Origin: a virus
DNA length: 64,000 nucleotides
Direction: 5' to 3' (one strand)
Virus record (IMG/VR): IMGVR_UViG_3300025133_000032
The translations under genes and the position numbers were made by a program. Below, one piece after another: positions 47,811-58,898 of this stretch (position 1 is its first letter; the number at the start of each line of letters is the position of its first letter). The notes under the pieces were generated by a model that was given only the letters and a program-made list of their open reading frames with translations, made no database searches and was not told where the DNA came from.

Positions 47811-50800
47811 TTATTGTCTCCCCAATTGACCTGTTAGCTGCTGTACCAATATGATACCCTTCTTGCTGTCTCTATCAGCCTCGCCCAAATAAATATCGGT
47901 CGAATGATATTCAAGCTTAGGCCTTTCAAGCATGTGGCTTTCAATAATGAAATTTGTCCCTAGAAATAGCGTCTTCCTTGGGACAAGCTGCTCTATAAAT
48001 GATGATATACCCAGCATTGAATCAAACCACTTAAAAAATTCAAAAAATTGTCTCATTCTTACTTGTCCAGTTAGTCTATTAAAGTAAACATTTCTGAGCG
48101 TTTCGAGCTCTGGATAATCTGGAGAAAATAACAATTCAGGGTTACCTAAAGTGTTGTCTAAGCTATCTAGTGTTGAAAATATCTTAATGATATCGTCATT
48201 TAGAGCATCCATGATAGAAAAATCTATAGAGAACCTGGCATCATCGACAGGAGCTTCGCTTAAAGGGATCTCATAAACTGGAGCTATCTGCGTCTTAAAT
48301 GATGAAGCATTTTCGAATGATTGGAAACTTCTTATTCTTACTTTATTGTTCGATGCTGCTTCATCAAACCTAGGTGATAGCTGACTAAAGAAATATCTCT
48401 CTGGTGATAGAACGTTAACAGATGGCTCAAATCCAGAAGCTGCGCCATGGAAATTATTCTGCGAATAGTCAAAAAGTTCTATATCACCACTTGCTGAGCT
48501 CTTTGATAAGTGCTGCTCTGTCGTAATATCCAAACGAAGCTTCTCGAATGAACCTGAGAAGCCGGTTGAAAAGTTAAAATTTGAACCGGGAGTTTCTACA
48601 CCAAGAGAATCATAGTTTCTTGCATGCTCAATACTTTCGCCCTTTGTAAGCCCCTTACTCCAGAAACGTATCTGCGTAACTTTTCCACTGAACGATGTTG
48701 CTTTGGCCATTTGACCTACGGCGGAGTTGTTCAAGAACATGCCAGACTGGTTCTCAGTTAGGCTTTGCGAACCAATCACGACAAATGTACCAGAAGCATT
48801 TAGTGTAGGTGATATAACAGACTGTGCATCAGACATACCTGCTGTTGAGCCTGATGCAAGAAAAAGGCTTTGCGTTGTATAACTTTCTACTATAGATCCA
48901 AACTCTTGTCTTGCTGCTCGTAAGAAATATGAAGAGGAATTAAAGGCTCCAATTTCGTCGCCTCTATTTCTACCGAATGAAATACTCCATGGATGACCAT
49001 CCATGACATCAGCACCTGATAGTGGCAGCGTCAATGTTGGAGCTGTGCCGCCTACGCCCGGAGATGCAAATAGCGTGAGCATAGATCCAGACACAGCTAC
49101 TAAGTTAAATAATAAGCCGCCTGACCCTGTTACCTGAGTCGCAGAGCCTGTTGTAAATATTCTAGCAAGGCTCTGTGTTACGGCATGTTGCCCAGTTATA
49201 TAAGTGGGGTGTCTATATAGCGCTTCATATGTCCATGAACCAGATGTGAACAGGCCATCACTGGCATCATTCGAGATACCATGGGGGCTATGCATCGAAT
49301 GCTGGGTCATAAGTCCGCGAGCACCAGGGAACCCAACCTCTGTTCTTGAGCCCGAGAGATATGGCAATTTCAAAAAAGGTTTATTATTCGGAATGCCATG
49401 CGTATTAAATGATGAAACTACTGATGCTAAAGACCCACTAAAGTCCAGCATTGTTCCTACACGAGATCTATCTTCTCTTGAATCCTGCAGTGATCTTTTT
49501 GTTGCGCCGCCAAATTCGCGTATTTTGAAATTACTATTTGCGTCAATGCCCATTGAACGTAAGAGTGACTTTATACTATGCAATGTTCCCTTTGACTTAA
49601 TAATCTCGCTAATGTTCGTTAATATCCGGCGCCAAATTTGGTTTTGGACATACTGTAATGCTAGAGCATTCGTGCTGATGTCACTACCGATATTTTCTGC
49701 ATCAATAAATTGCTCGATTGATGAATTCACAAAAAATGCAGGCATTTCGAAGCCATAGTAATTTGCAAGAAACGGCAAAAACTGATCGGCTGTAAAGTTT
49801 GGCTTGTCATAATCAACATGTGTAATTGACCCAAACAAGTCAACCATCATTTTGATTTCGTCAAAAAACTTTGCCCATGTATACAAAAATGATGACATTA
49901 ATTGTGATGTTCCAAACTCTGCGCTACCAGGAATACCACTACCAGCCAGTGTATCACCTATCGAACCAGTTTCGCTACCAAGACCTTCATGTACCTGACC
50001 TTCTAAGAAGTAGTGGTCAGGTATAAGCTTCGTAATGATATTCGGATTATCACTATCATATAAGCTGGCCGAGGCCAATAAACTTTCATTGAATGCCGCA
50101 ACACCAGCGTAGCTTGGAAATAAAATTGGGTTCGCTGCTAATTTTTCCGAAAGCATAGGTACGGGAATAGAACCAGTATTTCTTAAACTGAGTGAAAAAT
50201 TCGATATTTTTGAGTGTAAAGAGTTTCCAGAACTATCTAAAATCGTGCTGTCTGGACCGATTGTTCCTGAGGGTTCATTGAACTTAAAATATAACTTTAG
50301 CTCAGGAGTTGCAAAAATTGATTTTTTTGCAAAGAGTTTTTGTTCATTCAGTGTTCTGGCGCTATGAAATACCCTGAATTCGTCTATCGCTCCAGATAAT
50401 GTAGCTTCGGGTGTTACTATACCTGTGTGTAAAGAACCGCTACCTATAATCAGGGGTGAGGTAGTAAAGTCTATTAAACCCATTTCTTCAATGTTCGATG
50501 ACGTTGAAACAAGCGCTTGGTTTAAAAATAGCTGTAAGTTGTTTATGCCTGGCCTTCTATCAAATGTAGCTACAACATGCGAAAACTGGCCCTTCGTAAT
50601 TGGCATGCTCGTAGTAAGTGTATGCGATCCAGAACTAACCCCGAAAAGAAGACCACATGTTGCAGTAGATGCGGAACCCGTCAAGGCAATCGATAAACCA
50701 CTACTTGATCCAGAAAGTTTTTGACAGATTACTTGAGCTGTGTTTGTCTCGGCCGGCACATAAATGTGGAATTCTGTAGTAAATGGGTTTAGACCAGGGT

Positions 50801-51305
50801 CAAGTATATTATCGCCCGACCTTGTCTTTGATACAGTCGGGTATTGATGTCCAGCAAAGTCTTTAACACTAATGTATGTTCCCTCGCTAGAAGATGGTGA
50901 GGAAGATCCAGAGAAGAATAAGTAGCCTTTATTACGTGGGAAACTATCAAATACCCATTTCTCATAGCCCGTTAATGAATCTAGAAATACCTCAACCTCT
51001 TTTCTTGTTCCATCAAATGGGTATTCATTAATAATTCTATCAAATGCAACGTTTACATTGACTTCAGCAGAGCTAAAAAATGTATGATTTTCAAAGCTTG
51101 AAAAGTCTGTAGGAATCTGTTGTGTCGAACGGATGCCAAGAAATGGTGGGTCATATCTGAATGAGGCTGATGAGGCGACATTTGTGTCTGCTAGATCTTG
51201 TGCGTTTTTATTGACAACAGACCCATTATCGTCGACGATGCGACGAATAGCCGTCGATGAAAATAGCCTAGGTTTACCAAAATCGAGTGCTGTTCTTTTT
51301 GCCAT
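47811..51305 (-). CDS. Baseplate wedge protein (gp7/P2 gpI-like core) with two LamG-like domains
   Basis: FLPFLANYYGF...IWRRIL...IKSKGTLHSIKSLLRSMGI; FSHVVATF...GAIDEFRVF; GKVTQIRFWSK. Confidence 0.75.
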   Translation of the reverse strand: MAKRTALDFGKPRLFSSTAIRRIVDDNGSVVNKNAQDLADTNVASSASFRYDPPFLGIRSTQQIPTDFSSFENHTFFSSAEVNVNVAFDRIINEYPFDGTRKEVEVFLDSLTGYEKWVFDSFPRNKGYLFFSGSSSPSSSEGTYISVKDFAGHQYPTVSKTRSGDNILDPGLNPFTTEFHIYVPAETNTAQVICQKLSGSSSGLSIALTGSASTATCGLLFGVSSGSHTLTTSMPITKGQFSHVVATFDRRPGINNLQLFLNQALVSTSSNIEEMGLIDFTTSPLIIGSGSLHTGIVTPEATLSGAIDEFRVFHSARTLNEQKLFAKKSIFATPELKLYFKFNEPSGTIGPDSTILDSSGNSLHSKISNFSLSLRNTGSIPVPMLSEKLAANPILFPSYAGVAAFNESLLASASLYDSDNPNIITKLIPDHYFLEGQVHEGLGSETGSIGDTLAGSGIPGSAEFGTSQLMSSFLYTWAKFFDEIKMMVDLFGSITHVDYDKPNFTADQFLPFLANYYGFEMPAFFVNSSIEQFIDAENIGSDISTNALALQYVQNQIWRRILTNISEIIKSKGTLHSIKSLLRSMGIDANSNFKIREFGGATKRSLQDSREDRSRVGTMLDFSGSLASVVSSFNTHGIPNNKPFLKLPYLSGSRTEVGFPGARGLMTQHSMHSPHGISNDASDGLFTSGSWTYEALYRHPTYITGQHAVTQSLARIFTTGSATQVTGSGGLLFNLVAVSGSMLTLFASPGVGGTAPTLTLPLSGADVMDGHPWSISFGRNRGDEIGAFNSSSYFLRAARQEFGSIVESYTTQSLFLASGSTAGMSDAQSVISPTLNASGTFVVIGSQSLTENQSGMFLNNSAVGQMAKATSFSGKVTQIRFWSKGLTKGESIEHARNYDSLGVETPGSNFNFSTGFSGSFEKLRLDITTEQHLSKSSASGDIELFDYSQNNFHGAASGFEPSVNVLSPERYFFSQLSPRFDEAASNNKVRIRSFQSFENASSFKTQIAPVYEIPLSEAPVDDARFSIDFSIMDALNDDIIKIFSTLDSLDNTLGNPELLFSPDYPELETLRNVYFNRLTGQVRMRQFFEFFKWFDSMLGISSFIEQLVPRKTLFLGTNFIIESHMLERPKLEYHSTDIYLGEADRDSKKGIILVQQLTGQLGRQ

Positions 51306-52858
51306 TATGGATCTACTCTAAAAACGCCACCAACACGTTCAAAAATCTGCTTGACGCCGCCGTTATTTATTAACATATCTATCTGATAAACTCTTCCAAC
51401 ATCTAAATCATTCATAAATAAATCGAAGTACATTCCTGATGAGTCTGTCGATAGTTTTGTTGAATTTGTCGTTTCATCAAATTCAAAAATAGTTTCGTTG
51501 CTGTTCGTATCTCTGACTCTGTAATAAGCTTTATCAAAAATTACACTTTTTGCTTCTATAGGTACTCTAGTGTAGCGTAATGAAAACGTGCCCTCATCTT
51601 GTGCAAATACCCTAAACCTAACTTTCTCAGTTACTTTAAAAAATTCTCTCATATTTGTGACGTTAAGCTTTAAACGCTCAGGGACATTAGAGAATGATGA
51701 TTTGGGTATAGTCTTTACTACGAGCGTACCAGTATGATAACCTATCGTACCATCGAGTGAACCCCAAATTTCAGTGAATGTTGCTGACTGTGCATTTATT
51801 ATTTCATCCCTAAGTGCTGGTTCAAATGAAGAGATTGATAATGATGCAGAATAGACTCCTGGGATAAAATTCGTACCAACCTGATGTTGTGATGCCGTTG
51901 TTGTCAACGAAAAATACGAATTTGCAAGAGAACCAGAGTTCGTCCCCGACGTGACGGTCAACAACAGAGAATTTAGACCTGATATTTGTGTGGCTGCGGT
52001 GCCTGACACTATATTCGATGGTTGGCCCCGAGCAAAATTATTTAAAAACAGTGATCCGCTAACATCAAACTCAAAATTTTCGTGGTTATCATGCACCGAG
52101 TCGTCCCAGCCGATGATGACCCTGGGTGTCTGCCTTGTATTAGTACTATGTCTTGATATGAATCTTTTTACAAACCGGGTCTTTGAATCTGTTTCCTGAC
52201 TTCCTGAGAATGATATACGGAAACCATGGTCTGGAAGTTGGTTTGTCATCGTCGCCGAGATGATAGACGTAATATCCATGCTAAGATCTTCAGAGCCCTC
52301 AGCGAAATATTGTGTTGCAAACATGTTACCAAGAGACGTAGAGCCAGTAATTACGTCAACATTTTGCTGACCTGCATATCCCATTGCATTGGCACCAGAC
52401 TGTGCCCAAATTGACGTTGATCCGCCTGCTGTTGATGCTGTAATGAAGTTACATGAATCTATATCTTCATATGAAATAACATCACGCCCCAGTCCCTCAT
52501 CAAATGATTTTGATAGCGGATATAATATCGCAGTAAAGTTTGAAGGTATTGTTTGCCCGCCGATTACGTCAAACATCTTTAGTGTACATTTAAATGACTG
52601 ATCAGAGATATCAAGTATGCTAGATGTTAATGCATATAACGGGCTTAAATCAAATTTTAGTAAGAGTCTTGTTAGCTCAATTGGGTCTGTCGTTCCTGAG
52701 ATCAGTGGACCATCAGTAGTGTATGAAGATTCACCCGCAAGCTTAAATAAATCCAACGTTCCTGCTTGACCGACATTTGTGTCTGTCGCACGAAAAGCAT
52801 TACGTATTATTCTGTTTGTTATGTAAGTATCTTTACTAGCTGATAATAGTCTTTTCAT
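51305..52858 (-). CDS. Structural protein with DNRLRE-like N-terminal domain
   Basis: ASKDTYI...RLLLKFDLS...YPLSKSFDEG...DITSI...HGFRI...PRVIIGW. Confidence 0.6.
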   Translation of the reverse strand: MKRLLSASKDTYITNRIIRNAFRATDTNVGQAGTLDLFKLAGESSYTTDGPLISGTTDPIELTRLLLKFDLSPLYALTSSILDISDQSFKCTLKMFDVIGGQTIPSNFTAILYPLSKSFDEGLGRDVISYEDIDSCNFITASTAGGSTSIWAQSGANAMGYAGQQNVDVITGSTSLGNMFATQYFAEGSEDLSMDITSIISATMTNQLPDHGFRISFSGSQETDSKTRFVKRFISRHSTNTRQTPRVIIGWDDSVHDNHENFEFDVSGSLFLNNFARGQPSNIVSGTAATQISGLNSLLLTVTSGTNSGSLANSYFSLTTTASQHQVGTNFIPGVYSASLSISSFEPALRDEIINAQSATFTEIWGSLDGTIGYHTGTLVVKTIPKSSFSNVPERLKLNVTNMREFFKVTEKVRFRVFAQDEGTFSLRYTRVPIEAKSVIFDKAYYRVRDTNSNETIFEFDETTNSTKLSTDSSGMYFDLFMNDLDVGRVYQIDMLINNGGVKQIFERVGGVFRVDP

Positions 52859-52868
52859 GACGTCTCCG

Positions 52869-54743
52869 TTAAACTGCGCTGCCGACTATGTCAAATTTGG
52901 GATATTTCATTTCGAAAATTGATCCAGGCGGCCCTATAATTAAATTCTTTCTTATATTAGAATTAACGTCGAATGCTGTGCCGCTGTACTCTCTTTCGTT
53001 TTGTTTACCACTTAGGTTTCTAAATCTTGTTTCTAACACTGATACGACACCTGGACTATTGAAAATTATATTTCTAACGTCATCGATCGGGATAGGTTGA
53101 TCTATCTGGAAGTTTTTAATATCAAAAAAGCTTTGTAATCGAGTTATTATGTCTTGAATGATTATATTCTTTATTGCTTGTTGCTCAGTAACGACTTTAA
53201 ACTCGACGCCTATATTCAAAACTTGTGCATCAAGAATATCAATCGCATCGCTAATCATCCTAAACTCATTGAGAAATACACGAAGGTTTTTCTTTAGTGA
53301 GTCTGGAGAAATGACGAGCCTTTGTTCAATATCTCTTGATATTATAAATAGCTGCGCGGCAAGAGGATTACTAGGGCTTGTTCTAATACCTGCACGAAAA
53401 ACTCTACCAAAATTAGATGGCATCGTGTAAACTCTTGCGAGTAAATCGGATTTCGTGACTATTCTTGACTGTGCATTCTTTGCAGCAGGTATTCTTGAAC
53501 GCAATTCATCTAATGTTAATGATTCTTCGCCACCAGCGGCGCTGTGCGGATTATTGACGGAAACAGACGCACGAATCTGTTGTGATAGCGCTGCAGCAGG
53601 AATACCGGGAAATCCCATGCGAAGTGTGGAAACTGTCTTTATAGTATTAGCGATAACATTATGTGATAGGCCGCCACCAAATCTATACACAACACTAATT
53701 GTTGTATTGATCGGGGATACACCTAATGTTTGAGTAGATAGTAGCTGGCCTGGATCAAGCGAAAATCTAGAAAATGTTTTTTTGCCGTATAAGGGTAGTG
53801 CTAATTCACTTGGGTCTGGAATAATATCATCATTCAATGTAGCTGCATTTCCAGCGCCAAATCGTATAGTCGTGAGCTTTGTGTCAAAGTCGGTTGTACT
53901 TGTAAACCTGTAAGGTGCTGGTATTACTTCTAAATTCTCATTAACAAGCTCATTGTCTGTCGAAATATTTCGTATACCCCTGAATATAGTATCTTGCGTC
54001 AGTGACTCTACTTCGTAGTATATATTACCCTCAGAGTCAGTAACCGAAATAATCTCTGATGCATCTTCGTTCGCTAGTGATATTTCACGAAAAGGTTGAA
54101 ATGTATTTTGTATAGTAAATGTTTCTGTCGTTCGTAAACCTGACAGACAAACCCCATCAGATGCTCTGGGTGAGTTTCCTGGGCCGCCGAGCTTTAATAA
54201 GTACGTTAATGGGCTACCATCTGCACTAGATGTTCCAACGATGACTTTGCATTTAAGATTACCATCGGCGCCTCTACTAGAAAAATCAAGATCTTCTGTT
54301 AACTCGAAGCTAATTCCAGAGTCTGATTCAACAATGCTACCTGCATAGATAACTGGTAATGCTGATTCCATGGGTCGGTAAATCGCCCCAGTGCGCTCCG
54401 CGGGAACCTCTATAACCCATTCTTCTGCGACAGCGGCGGGCGATGCACCAGTAATGGGGACACCAGCATTTTTAAGGTGGCGCTGGATATTCTTTGACTC
54501 GACAGCGATCGTGGGATCTAATTCATTGAATTGATGGTCTAAGTAAAATGAAGTTGTATCACCTACGTGAGCAGCGAAATCGAGGAACAAGCCCCCGACA
54601 GATGCCTCAGAAAAATCCCTAATCTTGTCAGGAAAAAATGTCCGCGCATACTGCAGCAGTTCTGATCTCAAAGAATCAAAGTCCTTATTCAGGAATGATC
54701 TGTTATTGACTTTTTTTATCTCTTTTTTGCTATTTATAACCAT
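52869..54743 (-). CDS. Baseplate wedge protein, T4 gp6-like
   Basis: NKDFDSLRSEL...DFSEASVGGLFLD...SFYLD; IRFGAG; AGGEESLTLDELR...AQSRIVTKSD. Confidence 0.88.
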   Translation of the reverse strand: MVINSKKEIKKVNNRSFLNKDFDSLRSELLQYARTFFPDKIRDFSEASVGGLFLDFAAHVGDTTSFYLDHQFNELDPTIAVESKNIQRHLKNAGVPITGASPAAVAEEWVIEVPAERTGAIYRPMESALPVIYAGSIVESDSGISFELTEDLDFSSRGADGNLKCKVIVGTSSADGSPLTYLLKLGGPGNSPRASDGVCLSGLRTTETFTIQNTFQPFREISLANEDASEIISVTDSEGNIYYEVESLTQDTIFRGIRNISTDNELVNENLEVIPAPYRFTSTTDFDTKLTTIRFGAGNAATLNDDIIPDPSELALPLYGKKTFSRFSLDPGQLLSTQTLGVSPINTTISVVYRFGGGLSHNVIANTIKTVSTLRMGFPGIPAAALSQQIRASVSVNNPHSAAGGEESLTLDELRSRIPAAKNAQSRIVTKSDLLARVYTMPSNFGRVFRAGIRTSPSNPLAAQLFIISRDIEQRLVISPDSLKKNLRVFLNEFRMISDAIDILDAQVLNIGVEFKVVTEQQAIKNIIIQDIITRLQSFFDIKNFQIDQPIPIDDVRNIIFNSPGVVSVLETRFRNLSGKQNEREYSGTAFDVNSNIRKNLIIGPPGSIFEMKYPKFDIVGSAV

Positions 54744-54747
54744 TTAT

Positions 54748-55215
54748 TCATCCTCCGGCAAAAATTGTAACTTGCATTACTTTCCCTGTAATCTCTAGTC
54801 TAGGAACGTCATAAGTAATTTTGATATCAACTCTATCTGTACTATTTTCCATTCCTATGAATAAATTTGACTCGAATGTTCTGGGTTCAATAACAGGCAT
54901 GAACTTGCTTATTGCAGTTCTCACCCTTGTTATAGCCTCAAAATCAAATGCTTCTTGACTAAGCTCTAAAGAAAGCTCTCTTAAATTTGCACCGAAGTTA
55001 TATTGTCCTAATCGCTCTCCGTGGTTTGTTAGCAACAAATTTCTTAAATTATCTTGTATCTGTGAAGCAACGTCAAAGTGCATGCTGAATATTCCATCGT
55101 TCGCAGATCCATATCTAAGAGGCGTCTTGATGCCTATAGGGATTTCATTTTGCTTAGCCTTGAACTTATTTGCCGAACTTTTTTCGCCAACGCTCTTAAA
55201 ATCTCTAATCACCAT
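54748..55215 (-). CDS. Baseplate wedge subunit, gp25/GPW-like
   Basis: QIQDNLRNLLLTNHGERLGQYNFGANL...AISKFMP. Confidence 0.9.
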   Translation of the reverse strand: MVIRDFKSVGEKSSANKFKAKQNEIPIGIKTPLRYGSANDGIFSMHFDVASQIQDNLRNLLLTNHGERLGQYNFGANLRELSLELSQEAFDFEAITRVRTAISKFMPVIEPRTFESNLFIGMENSTDRVDIKITYDVPRLEITGKVMQVTIFAGG

Positions 55216-55246
55216 TCCATTAATTATTGCGTACAGCTAAAGGTTG

Positions 55247-55690
55247 TCAAATTATTATGAAGCCGCCTGGCACACGAAGATCACCCACGGGAACTAATGA
55301 CACCGCCCATTGTAAAACAGCTTTCATGAAAGATGGGTTAGGGGGTAGCATAGCAAGAGCTGCAGTAGCAGTCGCTGGTGATATCGGTAAAGCTGGTAGG
55401 CCCACTGCTGCAGGAGTCTTGATGTTAACAGACCCTAGCGTCAGTGGTATCAATATAAATTTTGTGATGTCGGCAGCAATAAGGTTAATAAATGCTGCAC
55501 CTGGTGGTGGTGGCGGGTGTGGTGCAGCTATTTTAACAGCAAGCGGCGTTAAAACAAGCGGTAACGCTGGGTTGGGAGCTAAGCTTATAGCTACTCGCAT
55601 CAGCGCTTGACCCAAGGTATCAAAAGCGTCAATAAGCTCTGGTGAAATGCCACTAACAGAATTGGACACAAAAAAATCAGCTATCGTCAT
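55247..55690 (-). CDS. Pro/Ala-rich hydrophobic protein between the gp5-like and gp25-like genes
   Basis: 147 aa; ATGA-coupled to the upstream gene. Confidence 0.55.
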   Translation of the reverse strand: MTIADFFVSNSVSGISPELIDAFDTLGQALMRVAISLAPNPALPLVLTPLAVKIAAPHPPPPPGAAFINLIAADITKFILIPLTLGSVNIKTPAAVGLPALPISPATATAALAMLPPNPSFMKAVLQWAVSLVPVGDLRVPGGFIII

Positions 55691-57333
55691 TTTGTTTTCC
55701 CAACTTTCGATAAAAATTTTATTGTGTTATTCTGCAGTGTATCAGTTGAAACCTTTATTTGAGCCTTTAATGTAGATGCAGCGCTTATAATTGCACTCAA
55801 GCCCCCAGTTAAGCCTGGGACTGGTGCCCCGAGGTTGCCAAAATTGCCAGGAGGCGCTGTGAAGGGTGTAAGTCCAGAAGTTATCGCATCGGCAAATGCA
55901 GCAATGTTGCTGTTGATATTCGCTCCGTGGGCGTCTATCAGAGTTTTAAGTTCGTCACCCATAACCAATGGTTCCGTTGCATCTCTACCGATAATGACTT
56001 GCGCTCCCTTGCCATTTGCTTTCTCTATCCCAGAACCCAAAACTATTTTTGGACCATCTATCATAATAGAACCATCAGGCTCTATAAGAATGACAGCCCT
56101 TCCAGTGCCTTGCTCATTGTCTTCATCACCCTCTTTTACAATTCTTATTGTACCGTCTTTTTTAGCGATAATTCTATTATGTAGCGTTTTGACTATAATA
56201 GCAGGACCGGTGTTTACTACAACTGGTTTATTACCTGCCTCAAGATTAGGTAATGGTTTTCCGAAATTTAAATCTACATCAGTATCCATGCTACCATAGA
56301 TTCGAGCAGCATCATTCTCAAAACTTGGATTACCTTCATTCAAGTTATGTTGAGCCGAACGAGTTTTATTATTTTCTAATAACCCTCTAGCATTCTGGAT
56401 GACATTCGGAGATGTACCCGCTGGTTGAGCTCCTGGTTGCGGAAATACGCCATCCTCATTGAGGCCGCGGCCTACAACTAAATCAAACATTCCAGCAGAG
56501 CTGGACTTGTCTCCTGTGGGTTTTCCTATGATATTACCCTGGTTTATGTCAGCAGATGTTCCAGTTCTATCTTCACCGAGAACAAGAAGAGAATTATTAG
56601 AACCCTCAAAAGCAATGTCACCTGGTCTCTTATTATATCTGGGGACGACTTCAGGCGTAAATACACGAGAGGCGATAGCTTCGTCATTTATTCTTTCGTA
56701 AGCGTCGACGTCGGCAAGTGTAAAAGACTCCTCCGTACTTCCGCCATTGGGGAATTGTGGCCCTGTACCTGATGTTCTCTTTATCCTCTCCTTCACATCT
56801 TGAGCTAGATTATCAAAAGCCTGAATTTCATTCAGTCTATCTAGTGTTGTTGGTGTTCTATCGCTAATAAACTTTCTATCTGCATGTGTAAAATTTGGAT
56901 CATCTATGTCGCTGGGTTCTCTAATTCTTGTTATCCAAAAACCCTGGTCCAATGAAGAAGCTGGGTTTTCAAAAAAGACCCAGACGTGTTCACCTGGCTT
57001 TATAGGGACCCTAACATGCGAATGAAATGGGTAAAATATTGCAGGTGTTTGGTCTCGTCTATCTTCACCGAGTGAAACTACACGAGCTATGATACTATCA
57101 TTGGGTATACTGTCTAAGAGCTCAGGTGTTAAGAGTTCGCGATCGGTAAAAATATCTGCTAACTCTTTACGTTGCGCTTGCGGATCAAAGATTACGTCGA
57201 CGACGACTGCTCGCTTCATGAAAGGTGTAGGTGACGTCGAGATCAAATCATTCAATTCAGAATCACGATTCGAGCTTCCTGCGAATAGCTTTCTATCTGC
57301 TCGAAGCCCTTTCTTTGTAAGTATACCAGTCAT
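55687..57333 (-). CDS. Baseplate hub/central spike protein, gp5-like (OB-fold N-terminus)
   Basis: RAVVVDV, FYPF...PIKPGEHVWVFF...GFWI, PGDIAFEGSNNS, EPLVMGDEL, LSKVGKTK; upstream of the gp25-like gene. Confidence 0.7.
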   Translation of the reverse strand: MTGILTKKGLRADRKLFAGSSNRDSELNDLISTSPTPFMKRAVVVDVIFDPQAQRKELADIFTDRELLTPELLDSIPNDSIIARVVSLGEDRRDQTPAIFYPFHSHVRVPIKPGEHVWVFFENPASSLDQGFWITRIREPSDIDDPNFTHADRKFISDRTPTTLDRLNEIQAFDNLAQDVKERIKRTSGTGPQFPNGGSTEESFTLADVDAYERINDEAIASRVFTPEVVPRYNKRPGDIAFEGSNNSLLVLGEDRTGTSADINQGNIIGKPTGDKSSSAGMFDLVVGRGLNEDGVFPQPGAQPAGTSPNVIQNARGLLENNKTRSAQHNLNEGNPSFENDAARIYGSMDTDVDLNFGKPLPNLEAGNKPVVVNTGPAIIVKTLHNRIIAKKDGTIRIVKEGDEDNEQGTGRAVILIEPDGSIMIDGPKIVLGSGIEKANGKGAQVIIGRDATEPLVMGDELKTLIDAHGANINSNIAAFADAITSGLTPFTAPPGNFGNLGAPVPGLTGGLSAIISAASTLKAQIKVSTDTLQNNTIKFLSKVGKTK

Positions 57334-57334
57334 A

Positions 57335-57724
57335 TTATGTTATGTCATTTTCGTTTGCAATCGTCTCGTATAGATCGTCTGCGTCTATTTCTTCGTCTTC
57401 GGGCTTAGCAGCGTTAGCCATCTCAGATATTTTTAACAATTGCTCATTTGCTTTCGACATCTTTTCTAGATATCTTGTAATCTTATCACCATAATTTAAG
57501 TGGCCCTCCCTACTATTAGCAACAAATTTATATAGATCGAGAAATAATAAAGAAGCGTTTACTCTATCTTCAACGGCGTTGCGATAAGTTTCTTGCCACA
57601 ATTTTCTAACTTCAGGCCTGACGTAACTAATTTTTGAAATTAAATCATTAAATTCTTCAACATCAGACTGGGCGCTGTCTAAAGTTGCGACGACACCCTT
57701 TGATATATCTTTTTCATTGTCCAT
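57335..57724 (-). CDS. Hypothetical helical protein
   Basis: 129 aa; LWQETYRNAVEDR...KYLEKMSKANEQLLK-type helices. Confidence 0.65.
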   Translation of the reverse strand: MDNEKDISKGVVATLDSAQSDVEEFNDLISKISYVRPEVRKLWQETYRNAVEDRVNASLLFLDLYKFVANSREGHLNYGDKITRYLEKMSKANEQLLKISEMANAAKPEDEEIDADDLYETIANENDIT

Positions 57725-57744
57725 TTAGATAATTACTCCGTTAT

Positions 57745-58503
57745 TCAAAATATGCCAAATTCTGGATTATGTTTTAATTCACGATAGTGTTTTTTTAAAG
57801 ACGCTATGACGGTAGTAAGCTGTTTAGGCGTTAGTCCTGATATATCCCTTATGTATCTAAAGACTGCTCGTTTATTTAACATTATATCACTGCCGGGGGT
57901 TCCGTTATGATCACTTACAACATCAAAAATATGCACAATTGCATTCATACACTTAATTTCATTCTCGTTTGTAATACGATTAGATATTTCTTTAAGCATA
58001 CAGTTGATATTTTTTAAAAATTCCCACTCGAGCATTTGCTCATCCTGTGCTGGAATAACTTGAAAGTTTTCAATTGTTTCTGAGTCTCTTCGGCCAACAT
58101 GATCGCGATCGTCGATGCTTATATTCCTCTTTATACTCTTCATCCGCTGTTTTGATCTAATAATTAACCAGTTTTTCGCTACCACGTTAAAGTATGAAAA
58201 GGGCTTGGAGCCTCTACTAGCGTCAAATTTACAGATAGCCTCGTATAGAAATGATACGCAATCATTCTTTAAATCTTCGTATGTATCATGAAGCCCTCTA
58301 AACCCATGAATAAAAATCAAGTTTTCTACTAGTTTACTAAATGCAGGTAATATTTCTGTGTTATATAGCTTTTGTCGCTCTTTCAAGTCATCCGTTGCCT
58401 GATATGCATCAATCGCGGCCGCCGTACCTTCGTGAAAATACATATTCGGCTTCTTACCGGACTTTCGACGAGAAATTTTTCTTCTTCTTTTAATAGTTGT
58501 CAT
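57745..58503 (-). CDS. Phage sigma factor for late transcription, gp55-like
   Basis: DLKNDCVSFLYEAICKFDASRGSKPFSYFNVVAKNWLI (sigma region 2-like). Confidence 0.75.
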   Translation of the reverse strand: MTTIKRRRKISRRKSGKKPNMYFHEGTAAAIDAYQATDDLKERQKLYNTEILPAFSKLVENLIFIHGFRGLHDTYEDLKNDCVSFLYEAICKFDASRGSKPFSYFNVVAKNWLIIRSKQRMKSIKRNISIDDRDHVGRRDSETIENFQVIPAQDEQMLEWEFLKNINCMLKEISNRITNENEIKCMNAIVHIFDVVSDHNGTPGSDIMLNKRAVFRYIRDISGLTPKQLTTVIASLKKHYRELKHNPEFGIF

Positions 58504-58574
58504 TATTCATAAAATACATCTTGTTTCACCGAAATAAAGGTGTGGTGGATATATTGATTAAGAATATTAGATAA

Positions 58575-58898
58575 TCAGGCGTCGGCGGGTGAATTCTGGC
58601 CTGTATCCTGATCATCAGATACAGTATCATTGGCAGCATGAGCCATGATGTTCGAGACCTGCAATATTGCACTGTGCGCATCATCTACACGCTTGACAAC
58701 AAATCTAATCTCTTCGCTATCGGCGGCTACAGGCATCTCAAGAACATCATAAACTGAGTTATACACATCATCTAAAATTCTTAATGCATCTTCTGTAGCA
58801 TCATTAAACTTAAAAATTCTTTTTGCAAAAACGAAGTTATACCTAACTGAGATTAGGAATAGCACCAGAATTACGCCGAATGCAATCCAACCAGTCAT
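58575..58898 (-). CDS. Small protein with N-terminal transmembrane helix
   Basis: WIAFGVILVLFLISV hydrophobic segment followed by a helical soluble part. Confidence 0.65.
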   Translation of the reverse strand: MTGWIAFGVILVLFLISVRYNFVFAKRIFKFNDATEDALRILDDVYNSVYDVLEMPVAADSEEIRFVVKRVDDAHSAILQVSNIMAHAANDTVSDDQDTGQNSPADA

